From: an uncultured Planctomycetaceae bacterium
GTDB taxonomy: Bacteria > Planctomycetota > MHYJ01 > CAZWFP01
Length of the DNA: 59,060 nt
Assembly: GCA_964633175.1 (NCBI GenBank)
Contig: CAZWFP010000003.1
Location: forward strand, 1 to 59,060
Direction of reading: 5' to 3'
Shown here: positions 8,604-17,227 of the stretch, one piece after another
How the letters are laid out: each line of letters opens with the position of its first letter
Numbering within the stretch: the stretch's first letter is position 1
Made by a program: the position numbers and the translations under genes
The notes under the pieces: generated by a model
Seen by the model: only the letters and a program-made list of their open reading frames with translations
What the model was told of the DNA's origin: nothing
Databases searched by the model: none

Positions 8604-10532
8604 GTGTATTCATTAATCAAGGTTTTTTCGCAGGAATTAAAAATAGATAAGGTGATAAAATTAATGGATTTATTACAACAGTTTAATAAAAAATATAAGG
8701 ATTATGTAGGGGCGGCAATAGATGGCAAACCAGTAGACCTTTCTTATGTATTCACTCCTGATGGTCAGGCGCATACAATAGAATTTTTAGAATGTAATGA
8801 TGAGAACGAACGTGCTCTTGATATTTTACGTCATAGCGCCGCACATATTACTGCCCAGGCGGTTTTGCGCTTATATAAAGGTGCACGATTAGGAGTAGGA
8901 CCACCTATAGAAAATGGTTATTATTACGACATTGAATTTCCACAAAATATAGGTGAGGAGGATTTGCAGAAGATTGAGGAAGAGATAAAAAAAATAGTGA
9001 AAGAAAATATTATCGTAGAAAGGTTTGAACTCCCTAAAAAAGAGGCGATTGATTTATGTAGAAAGTTAGGACAGTATTATAAGGTTGAACTTTTACAGGA
9101 AGATATCCAGGCAGATACGGTTTCATTCTATAAACAGGGTGAATTTATCGACCTGTGCGAAGGTCCCCATGTTCCACGGACAAGTTATCTTGAAAACGTA
9201 AAACTTGAACGGATTACAGGAGCTTATTGGAAGGGAAATGAAAAGAAGAAGATGTTGCAGAGAATCTATGGGACGGCGTTTTTTACTAAAGCGGCGTTAG
9301 AAGAATATCTGAAAAGGCACGAGGAGCAGAAAAAGCGAGACCATCGAATACTAAATAAAAGTTTGGAACTTTTCAGTATTGAGGAAGATGCTGGCTCAGG
9401 CCTTATATTCTGGCATCCCAACGGTGCTATAATGAGATACATCATTGAAGATATATGGCGCAAGGCGCATTTGAAGAACGGCTATAAATTTGTATATTCA
9501 CCACACATCGCTAATAGTGAATTATGGGAGATTTCGGGACATATGCAACATTATAAGGAGAATATGTATCCTCTTATGGAACTTGATACGCATAAAGTGC
9601 AGTTGAAACCAATGAATTGTCCAGGGCATATTTTAATATATAAATCAAGAACAAGAAGTTACAAAGAATTACCTTTAAGATTATGCGAACTTGGAACTGT
9701 CTACAGATATGAACGCGCGGGTGTAGTTGGAGGATTATTTCGCGTCAGGGGCTTCACTCAAGATGATGCACATATTTTTTGTGAAGAAGAAAAAATTGAG
9801 GATGAAGTGATCCACGTATTAGAATTCATGCAAAGGGTTTTGCGATTATTTGAATTCAAGGATTATAAACTCCTTTTAAGCACCAGACCGGAACGCTTTG
9901 TAGGAACTGTTGAGAGGTGGAATAGAGCAACCGAAGCATTAAAAAAAGCACTACAGCGACTAAACTTACAGTATGAAATAAGTGAAGGTGGAGGGGCATT
10001 TTACGGACCAAAGATAGATATTAGTATAAAAGATTCTATGAACCGTTTCTGGCAGTGTTCCACAGTCCAGATTGACTTTAACCTGCCCGAGAGATTTCAG
10101 TTGAAATACGCTGGTAAGGATAATATTGAACATAGACCCGTTATGATTCATAGAGCCATCTTAGGTTCACTCGAAAGGTTTTTTGGTATTTTAATAGAAC
10201 ACTTTGCAGGAATATTTCCATTATGGCTATCACCCATACAGATTGCTATTTTGCCAATCAGTGAAAAGCAACTAAATTATTCTGAATCAATATATAATAC
10301 ACTTACTCAACAAGGCATAAGATGTGAAAAAATATTTGATAAAAAAAATATTTCAAGTAGAATAAGAGAGTGTATTACAAGGAAAATCCCATATATGCTG
10401 GTAATAGGTGAAGCGGAAGAAAAGCAGCAAAAAGTAGCGGTGAGGACTTTAAAAGAAGGGCATATAGGGAATTTTTCCATACCTGAGTTCTTATTAAAGA
10501 TTCAATTAGAATTAGTTGTCCCCAACATTTGA
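8604..10532 (+). CDS. thrS: threonine--tRNA ligase
   Basis: ILRHSAAHITAQAV, GPPIENGYYYDIEF and class II motifs (FRVRGFTQDDAHIF). The start is uncertain (GTG 8604 or later) and the N-terminal TGS region looks short. Confidence 0.9.
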   Translation: MYSLIKVFSQELKIDKVIKLMDLLQQFNKKYKDYVGAAIDGKPVDLSYVFTPDGQAHTIEFLECNDENERALDILRHSAAHITAQAVLRLYKGARLGVGPPIENGYYYDIEFPQNIGEEDLQKIEEEIKKIVKENIIVERFELPKKEAIDLCRKLGQYYKVELLQEDIQADTVSFYKQGEFIDLCEGPHVPRTSYLENVKLERITGAYWKGNEKKKMLQRIYGTAFFTKAALEEYLKRHEEQKKRDHRILNKSLELFSIEEDAGSGLIFWHPNGAIMRYIIEDIWRKAHLKNGYKFVYSPHIANSELWEISGHMQHYKENMYPLMELDTHKVQLKPMNCPGHILIYKSRTRSYKELPLRLCELGTVYRYERAGVVGGLFRVRGFTQDDAHIFCEEEKIEDEVIHVLEFMQRVLRLFEFKDYKLLLSTRPERFVGTVERWNRATEALKKALQRLNLQYEISEGGGAFYGPKIDISIKDSMNRFWQCSTVQIDFNLPERFQLKYAGKDNIEHRPVMIHRAILGSLERFFGILIEHFAGIFPLWLSPIQIAILPISEKQLNYSESIYNTLTQQGIRCEKIFDKKNISSRIRECITRKIPYMLVIGEAEEKQQKVAVRTLKEGHIGNFSIPEFLLKIQLELVVPNI

Positions 10533-10587
10533 TACCGCAAACCCAAAAGTCAAAGGTCAGAACTCAAGGATTAAGAAGTTCTAAGTT

Positions 10588-10615
10588 GCTAAACTCACAA
10601 ACTCGTAATAAAATA
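10588..10615 (+). repeat. intergenic repeat family A
   Basis: gctaaactcacaaactcgtaataaaata. Confidence 0.8.
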
Positions 10616-10671
10616 TCAAATATTTAGTATTCATCATTGAAGTATTTAAGAAACTACCTTACTTGTAAGAT

Positions 10672-11277
10672 TTGAACTTACATAGAATAAATAGATTCAT
10701 AAAAAGTCGTCAGGTTCGGCTTATCGATGAAGAAGGTAAAAATTTAGGTATTGTGAATATAGAGGAAGCGCTGAAAATAGCGGAATCCAGAGGATATGAT
10801 TTAGTTGAAGTATCACCGTCGGCTGTTCCGCCTGTTTGCAGAATGATGGATTATGGTAAATATAAATACGAATTACAAAAAAAGGAAAAAATGGCAAAGA
10901 AAGCACAAAAAAAAGTTGAATTAAAAGAACTCAGACTTGGTATTGCAATAAGTGACCATGATTTAGGAACAAAAATTAGAAGAGCAAAAGAATTTTTACA
11001 GGACGGTGATAAAGTTAAATTTACCCTTATGTTTAAAGGTAGGGAAATGGGGCTTATAGGTCGTGGAGAGGAATTATTAAAAAGATGTATTGAATATTTG
11101 AAAGATATTTCTATAATAGAGAAACCCGTAGTTAGAGAGGGTAGAAGAATGATGGTGGTGCTTGCCCCCCAGAAAAAATTGTCAAAAGGAGGAAATGTAA
11201 ATGCCGAAGTTAAAAACCCGCAAGTCGGTGGCAAAAAGGATCAAAATAACGGCGAAGGGCAAAGTAAAATACAATAA
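10672..11277 (+). CDS. infC: translation initiation factor IF-3
   Basis: INRFIKSRQVRLIDEEGKNLGIV...YDLVEVSP...MDYGKYKYE. The start is non-ATG (TTG in the track), as is common for infC. The C-terminal tail overlaps rpmI. Confidence 0.9.
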   Translation: MNLHRINRFIKSRQVRLIDEEGKNLGIVNIEEALKIAESRGYDLVEVSPSAVPPVCRMMDYGKYKYELQKKEKMAKKAQKKVELKELRLGIAISDHDLGTKIRRAKEFLQDGDKVKFTLMFKGREMGLIGRGEELLKRCIEYLKDISIIEKPVVREGRRMMVVLAPQKKLSKGGNVNAEVKNPQVGGKKDQNNGEGQSKIQ

Positions 11278-11404
11278 ACCGGCAAGGAGACATTTACTCC
11301 AAACCAAGTCCACTAAGACCAAAAGACAACTCAGAAAACAGGCAACCTTGCGATTAAAAGCAAAAATAAAAAGATTTAAAGCAGAGGTTCCTTATGCAAT
11401 TTAA
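11201..11404 (+). CDS. rpmI: 50S ribosomal protein L35
   Basis: MPKLKTRKSVAKRIKITAKGKV, with an AAGGAGGA RBS upstream. Confidence 0.9.
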   Translation: MPKLKTRKSVAKRIKITAKGKVKYNKPARRHLLQTKSTKTKRQLRKQATLRLKAKIKRFKAEVPYAI

Positions 11405-11439
11405 GAACGATTTAATCTTTACTTTTTAACCAGTTTTTA

Positions 11440-11802
11440 ATGAGAATAAAATATACTGCCCGCAAAAAACGTAAGAAAATACTCAAAAGAGCCAAGGGTT
11501 TTGTAATGGGTAGAAGACGCTTATACAGGACCGCAAAAGAGGCCGTTCAAAGAGCACTTGCTGCAAGTTATGTTGGCAGGAAATTAAGAAAAAGAAGCTT
11601 CAGACGACTTTGGATTACTAGAATTCAAGCTGCTTGTAGATTATTAGGTTTTTCCTATAGCGCTTTTATTAACGCATTGAAAAAAGCAAATATTAATCTA
11701 AATAGAAAAACATTGGCTGAGGTAGCGTATAATAATTTAGAACACTTCAAGTCCATAGCCACTGAAGCCGGGCTTGAAATTAAGCATGTTTCAATTTCGT
11801 AA
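11440..11802 (+). CDS. rplT: 50S ribosomal protein L20
   Basis: KRAKGFVMGRRRLYRTAKEAV...RRLWITRIQAA. Confidence 0.9.
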   Translation: MRIKYTARKKRKKILKRAKGFVMGRRRLYRTAKEAVQRALAASYVGRKLRKRSFRRLWITRIQAACRLLGFSYSAFINALKKANINLNRKTLAEVAYNNLEHFKSIATEAGLEIKHVSIS

Positions 11803-11906
11803 CAAAGTTACATAAAGGTAGCATCTTTTTATATATAAATGAGGAATAGACGTTGCTATAGATTACAAAAGGGAAGAATAATTTAAAAATTTTGAGAGAA
11901 ATACAT

Positions 11907-12677
11907 ATGTGTAAAAGGTTGTGGGGTATATGGTGTGCGATATATTTATTTATATGTCTGAATATGAATGCCCAATTGTGTATCTGTAGTGACGGAGTTT
12001 GCCTCACACCATCTAATTGCGTATGTTGTACGGGAGGCCCTCCACAAGAAAGTCCACAAGATAAAGCAAAATCATTAAAAGACCAAGCAAGCGGTTTTAT
12101 TAAAGATGGTAGTTGTAATGATAAATGCAAGGAAGAGTTTGATAGTATGAAGGCAGCAAAAGAGTGTGTTGAAAAAACAGAACAATGTAAGGCAGATACG
12201 GAGGATTATGAAAAAAAGCAGAAAGACTGTGATGCTGCTAAGGAGAAAACGAAAAGTGCATGTACGACCCCCTCTTCTCCAGATTCTCCAGAATGTGCAA
12301 GTGCGCAACAGGATGAACAGCAAACATGTAATGCAGCCACAGAAGCTAAGGATAAGGCGAACAAGTCCTGCGGTGATGCTAAAAATGCTTGCCCTGGAAT
12401 AAATGGACTTGATGGTAACGATGGAAAACCACCTACAAGTGAGAATGTTGGCAAGGCGTATAATGAGGCGGTAGATAATTTAAGCAGTAAATTAGGTGCT
12501 TATAAAGGTTGTTGTTTTGCCGCTACAGGAAAAGGAGCTTTTTGTGGAATTGTTCCACCTAAACATTCAAATCATTCAGATAATGATATTATATTCTTAA
12601 CTGCAATACTTTTCCCATGCCTTGCATTGTTCCTGCTAAAGTTTCTACAGTATATAAAAATAAAACAACGTATCTAA
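11907..12677 (+). CDS. secreted Cys-rich, K/D/E-rich protein with C-terminal TM anchor and basic tail (unknown function)
   Basis: Signal-like MCKRLWGIWCAIYLFICLNMNA, roughly 25 Cys (rough count by eye), a charged low-complexity middle, and the C-terminus IIFLTAILFPCLALFLLKFLQYIKIKQRI. Confidence 0.55.
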   Translation: MCKRLWGIWCAIYLFICLNMNAQLCICSDGVCLTPSNCVCCTGGPPQESPQDKAKSLKDQASGFIKDGSCNDKCKEEFDSMKAAKECVEKTEQCKADTEDYEKKQKDCDAAKEKTKSACTTPSSPDSPECASAQQDEQQTCNAATEAKDKANKSCGDAKNACPGINGLDGNDGKPPTSENVGKAYNEAVDNLSSKLGAYKGCCFAATGKGAFCGIVPPKHSNHSDNDIIFLTAILFPCLALFLLKFLQYIKIKQRI

Positions 12678-12698
12678 AAAACTCAAATGTCAAAACTC
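12676..12698 (+). repeat. intergenic repeat family E (stop-codon adjacent)
   Basis: aaaaaactcaaatgtcaaaactc. It begins inside the TAA stop at 12675-12677. Confidence 0.75.
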
Positions 12699-12757
12699 GA
12701 AGAGAGTGAGATAGTAAGATAGTTTTTTAAATACTGAATAGAATAATTATACCAAAA

Positions 12758-12821
12758 GAAAATTGATTTTCAAGTATTCACCCTCACCCAACCCTCTCCC
12801 ATCAAGGGAGGAGAACCAAAC
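12758..12821 (+). repeat. intergenic repeat family D
   Basis: gaaaattgattttcaagtattcaccctcacccaaccctctcccatcaagggaggagaaccaaac. Confidence 0.8.
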
Positions 12822-12940
12822 GAGCAAACCATATCTCCTTGTTTGCCATTAATTTCGATAATTGCATTAATAAGTGATGGCAACTTTTGACTAGTATGTG
12901 CTATATAGCTACGACAAAGATGTTCAGGATTCAAATATAA

Positions 12941-12984
12941 AATATTCAATGTTCAATATTAAATTTTCAATAAATTTTCCTAAG
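12941..12984 (+). repeat. intergenic repeat family B
   Basis: aatattcaatgttcaatattaaattttcaataaattttcctaag. Confidence 0.75.
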
Positions 12985-13001
12985 ATTATAGCCACAACAC
13001 C

Positions 13002-15365
13002 ATGAATAAGAGCAAAGGTATTATACTGCTTTTTATAGTAGGTATATTGGCAGTTATAAGTGCCATAGCATTGCTTTTTATACAGGTGGGTGCTATGTAT
13101 AGTATTACAAGTAAGGGATATATAATATTAACCCGCGTTAAATTTAATCTGCAGTCCGCTATGAGTGAAACCCTGAAATTTCTGAATAAAACGCCAAACT
13201 TCGGCATTAAGCAATCTGTAAAGATGCTGTATTTAGAAGACGTTCCTGGTTACAAGATGCCAGCAGAGTTTCATAATTTTGCCGAGTTTGAGCAGTATGC
13301 ACAAAACATACAGGCATTAATCTACGGTTATACACTTGAAGTAGAAGATACTTCAACTAAAGTAAACGTTAATCATCCTGCAAATCCTGACTTCACGCTG
13401 AAGCCATCGGCTATATTAATATTAAATAACCTAGCCAGAGCATTAGAGCCGTATGGTTTTGACGTGTTGGATTTAGGTGATAAAGTCAGTTTATATAAAA
13501 GCATAATCGGCAGGGATATCATAAATATTGAGGAGTTACAATCAGAAGAAGTTGTTAACGTTTTAGGTGATACTTTTGAGAAAAAGAGAAAGAACTTTGA
13601 AATTTTAAAAAATTACATAACGACAAAAGGACTTGAATTAGAAGTTCCAGCTATTGCTAACCTGAATCCGGCAAACTATTGTGACATAAAAATAGAAGAT
13701 AGGGCAAATTTGATAGAGTATAGACCGGTAATAAATCTCAATTATGCTCCTCTGGAAGTTATATATGCCATTTTACATGGAATATCAGGATACGTATGGG
13801 AAAACGGGGAATCCAAAATGTTAAAAGTTGATGATTCAAAAATAGAAAAACTAATAGAAAAGTGGAAGGGGAACCGCCCATTTGTAAAAAATTTTCTGGA
13901 ATTCAGGCAGTATTTACAAAAACAAAATATATTTAACGCTCACGAGATAGGATTGATAATGGCAGATTTGAATCCATATAGTGTATTTAATTGTAGTAAC
14001 CCAGATACTTCCGTTTATGTAGATGGGTTTGGATATCCTCATAAATATTCATTATCCTCTTATACAACGGAAGGTATATTTTCACAGTCCGGTATTTATA
14101 GAGTTAACCTTGAAAGTTTTGCCTATTATAAAGGTAAGATTATAGCAAGAGAATCGGTTAATTCCATATTACAACTTGAGGAAGTATTTAACCTTGCAAC
14201 CATATCGGACTTTAAAAAATCCATAGACGGCAAAAAAAGTACGAATGTAACGGTTTTCCCGGATGCTCCTGACTTTGAATTTTTGTCAGGGATGGTCAAA
14301 CTAAGACCTGTCCAGATAAAGAATTCTGAGTATGAGATTGACTTTAAAACGCAATCAAAAGATATGCTGTCAAGTTTTAAAGGTTTAAAAACGTCTGCTA
14401 TTATGCCGTCTAATAATGAACTGTTCTTACACGAGAATTTAATAAAGCCAAACAATATCTATGTATATTTCAGTATGAAAAATCTGTCTTCTTTAAGTTT
14501 TTCATTCTGGATAAAACCATCATGGGATGGCGAAGAACTTCTTAAGAAAAAGAAAACCGTTGCAAGAATTTTTGATAATGACATATATTATTTTCAGGAT
14601 GGTAATTTCGTTGCTGATTTTGGATTTGTTCAGGCGATAAAGAACGTAATAAAATGGAAGAAAGGAACCTGGCATTATGTAATTGGCTGGGTAGAATTTT
14701 CTAACAAAAAATATGGGAAAGATGGTGCCGGTTTACTTTATAAATTATTGGTAGATGGTGAAAGTTTAATGATAATAAAAGAAGATGTAGGTTCGTTATT
14801 CAGTATTTTACAAGGACTCAATAAGATATTTAAAATTGATGTTGATTTCTTTTCAAAGTTATTTCAATCATTGGGACAGACAAATCCGTCCCAATTTATA
14901 GATGCCAGTGAGCAGATAATGCTTACTGCAACTGATTCTATTACTTCCAAAAGCGGTAAGTTAAAGTTTACGTTGGGTTCTGCCGATTCTACGGACTACG
15001 TAAATAGTTCACTTTCAAACGTAAAAATAGGGCTAAAGGAAAAAATGCCTTTTGTTTCTTATTACCCTGATAATGCAAAAGTTGTCTTTAATATAACTAA
15101 TAATTATAATGAATGTTTATTAAACCTGGATAATCTGGACGTTGCATATTATCTTCCTGATGGATGGGATGTTGTAGTTGCATATTATCTTAATGATAAA
15201 AATATCAATGGTTCAGTACTTCCTTTTAACAAAGGTGATAAATTATCCATTGATTTACAGTTTGAATCAAAATTGCCTATTCGTCTTGAATCTCCGACTA
15301 TTTTTCAAATAACTGCAAGGTGTTCTTTGCGTTCCCCCTATTACGTGATTAACAACTCAAACTAA
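13002..15365 (+). CDS. GspK-like minor pseudopilin fused to a LamG/concanavalin-like domain
   Basis: N-terminal hydrophobic pilin-like segment (GIILLFIVGILAVISAIALLFI). GspK-like YTLEVEDTSTKVNVNHP and INLNYAPLEVIYAILHGISG. LamG-like FSFWIKPSW...GTWHYV...LLVDGESL. Confidence 0.6.
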   Translation: MNKSKGIILLFIVGILAVISAIALLFIQVGAMYSITSKGYIILTRVKFNLQSAMSETLKFLNKTPNFGIKQSVKMLYLEDVPGYKMPAEFHNFAEFEQYAQNIQALIYGYTLEVEDTSTKVNVNHPANPDFTLKPSAILILNNLARALEPYGFDVLDLGDKVSLYKSIIGRDIINIEELQSEEVVNVLGDTFEKKRKNFEILKNYITTKGLELEVPAIANLNPANYCDIKIEDRANLIEYRPVINLNYAPLEVIYAILHGISGYVWENGESKMLKVDDSKIEKLIEKWKGNRPFVKNFLEFRQYLQKQNIFNAHEIGLIMADLNPYSVFNCSNPDTSVYVDGFGYPHKYSLSSYTTEGIFSQSGIYRVNLESFAYYKGKIIARESVNSILQLEEVFNLATISDFKKSIDGKKSTNVTVFPDAPDFEFLSGMVKLRPVQIKNSEYEIDFKTQSKDMLSSFKGLKTSAIMPSNNELFLHENLIKPNNIYVYFSMKNLSSLSFSFWIKPSWDGEELLKKKKTVARIFDNDIYYFQDGNFVADFGFVQAIKNVIKWKKGTWHYVIGWVEFSNKKYGKDGAGLLYKLLVDGESLMIIKEDVGSLFSILQGLNKIFKIDVDFFSKLFQSLGQTNPSQFIDASEQIMLTATDSITSKSGKLKFTLGSADSTDYVNSSLSNVKIGLKEKMPFVSYYPDNAKVVFNITNNYNECLLNLDNLDVAYYLPDGWDVVVAYYLNDKNINGSVLPFNKGDKLSIDLQFESKLPIRLESPTIFQITARCSLRSPYYVINNSN

Positions 15366-15461
15366 TATTCTACCGAGCATAGTTTTTTAACTTTTAACTT
15401 TTAAACTTGAATTTTTGTAATAACATTAAACTTGGGACTTTTAAGCTTGAAACCTTGTTAT

Positions 15462-15553
15462 GGAGGGGTGCCGGAGTGGTTGAACGGGCGCGATTGGAAA
15501 TCGCGTGGGCGAGTAAAATCGCCTCGAGGGTTCAAATCCCTCCTCCTCCGCCA
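15462..15553 (+). tRNA. tRNA-Ser (anticodon GGA), CCA encoded
   Basis: Cloverleaf with a long variable arm. Anticodon stem CGCGA/TCGCG with loop TTGGAAA. T-loop GGTTCAAATCC. Confidence 0.9.
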
Positions 15554-15585
15554 AAATAACGTAGACATGTAGACATAAGGTAACT

Positions 15586-16167
15586 ATGGAGCAGGAAGGA
15601 CAAAGCGGTTTTATCCCACTACATGGAGGTTATCAGAAATTGATGTCCTATCAGATGGCAGAGATTGTGTATGATGCCACGGTATACTTTTGTAATAAAT
15701 ACGTTGGGCAACGTTCCCCTACGTTTGACCAGATGGTTCAGGCAGCCCGCAGTGGTAAACAAAACATTGTAGAAGCAAGTATGGCATCAGCCGTTTCTAA
15801 AGAAACGGAAATTAAATTGGTTGGCGTTGCCAGAGCTAGCTTGGAAGAATTACTATTGGATTACAAGGATTTTTTACGTCAGCGAGAATTAACCCTGTGG
15901 GATAAAAATGACCCAAGGGTGCAGGAAATACGAAAGATCGGGAAAAGGAAAAATAGGTCCTATAAGTCCTATACGACATATTTAAAAAATCCTTCGGTAG
16001 AGGTTGTTGCCAATGCTATTATTTGTATCATTCAGCAGACAAATTATCTTCTTGACCAGCAACTTAGGCAATTAGAAAAACAGTTTATCAATGAAGGTGG
16101 AATAAGAGAAAAAATGCTAAAAGCAAGATTAGAAGAAAGAAATAAAAATAAAGAGCACAAAATTTAA
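15586..16167 (+). CDS. four-helix-bundle protein with suffix domain (23S rRNA-IVS protein-like family)
   Basis: 193 aa. YQKLMSYQMAEIVYDATVYFC...QMVQAARSGKQNIVEAS...ASLEELLLDY matches my recollection of the four helix bundle plus suffix domain family. Confidence 0.55.
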   Translation: MEQEGQSGFIPLHGGYQKLMSYQMAEIVYDATVYFCNKYVGQRSPTFDQMVQAARSGKQNIVEASMASAVSKETEIKLVGVARASLEELLLDYKDFLRQRELTLWDKNDPRVQEIRKIGKRKNRSYKSYTTYLKNPSVEVVANAIICIIQQTNYLLDQQLRQLEKQFINEGGIREKMLKARLEERNKNKEHKI

Positions 16168-16174
16168 TTAAGTA

Positions 16175-17227
16175 ATGCTTATTATTAAGTCCAAACTCTC
16201 TTCTGTCTTTATTGGTAATCACATATTGCTTAAAACTCTTAAAAATATAAGTAAAACCGCATCCCAACTATTCGTCATTTGTGATAATAATGTTTATCAA
16301 TATCTATCCAAATTTCAAAACTTTTCTAAAATTATATTCAATAAAAAATTTACTGAAAAGGATAAATCGTTTAAGAATGTAATAGAACTTCTACAACTTT
16401 TTATAAAACATAATGTAACAAAAAACGATTATATAGTAATTATTGGGGGTGGAGCATTGCTTGACACGGCTGCTTTTGCCTGTTCTATTTATAAAAGAGG
16501 TATTCCTTTTATAACTATTCCTACAACCTTCCTATCAATTATAGATGCAGCTATAGGTGGCAAAAATGGCATTAATTTTAAGGGTATTAAAAATATAATC
16601 GGAACTATAAATCAGCCACAATACATTATAATTGATACTTTTTTTCTTGATAAAAATTCAATTCTTAATGGGGTAGGGGAACTTATAAAATATGCAATGA
16701 TAGGTGGATACGTCCTTTATAAGTTTATTTTTAATAATTCAAATGCCTTAATGAATTATAACAAGAATATTTTGTTTAAGGTGATATATAAATGTGCTAA
16801 ATTTAAATTAAAAATTGTTGAAAAAGACCCCAACGACAATAATGCAAGACACATTTTAAACTTCGGACATACTATCGGACATTTCATAGAAAGTATTTCA
16901 AACTATAAAATATCCCATAGTGATGCAATAATTGTAGGTATGAAAGTGGAACTATTATGTGGCAATAAATATGGATTGATAAAAGATGGATTCCTACAAC
17001 GTTTCTATAATCTATTGCATGCGTTTAAACCTAAACAAATAATAAATATACCTAACTTTACCTATCAGCAATTTAAAAACATTGTTTCACAAGATAAAAA
17101 AAACGAGTGTAAGACATACCTTACTTTATCCATCCCAACGTCTTTTGGTAAAAATAAACTATTTTTTAACGTTCCCATAAAAAATGTTTATAAATATTTT
17201 TTACAATCCATATACGAGAATGGATGA
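16175..17227 (+). CDS. aroB: 3-dehydroquinate synthase
   Basis: GGGALLDTAAFACSIYKRGIPFITIPTT...DAAIGGKNGINF...NFGHTIGH. Confidence 0.85.
   Translation: MLIIKSKLSSVFIGNHILLKTLKNISKTASQLFVICDNNVYQYLSKFQNFSKIIFNKKFTEKDKSFKNVIELLQLFIKHNVTKNDYIVIIGGGALLDTAAFACSIYKRGIPFITIPTTFLSIIDAAIGGKNGINFKGIKNIIGTINQPQYIIIDTFFLDKNSILNGVGELIKYAMIGGYVLYKFIFNNSNALMNYNKNILFKVIYKCAKFKLKIVEKDPNDNNARHILNFGHTIGHFIESISNYKISHSDAIIVGMKVELLCGNKYGLIKDGFLQRFYNLLHAFKPKQIINIPNFTYQQFKNIVSQDKKNECKTYLTLSIPTSFGKNKLFFNVPIKNVYKYFLQSIYENG

Noticed and set aside
11780-12454. Alternative-frame and antisense ORFs around the Cys-rich gene (11780-12130, 12075-12323, 12166-12402, 12206-12454).
   Set aside because: They are shorter and overlap the 257 aa frame, which has a signal peptide and a C-terminal TM. 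The first also overlaps the rplT end.
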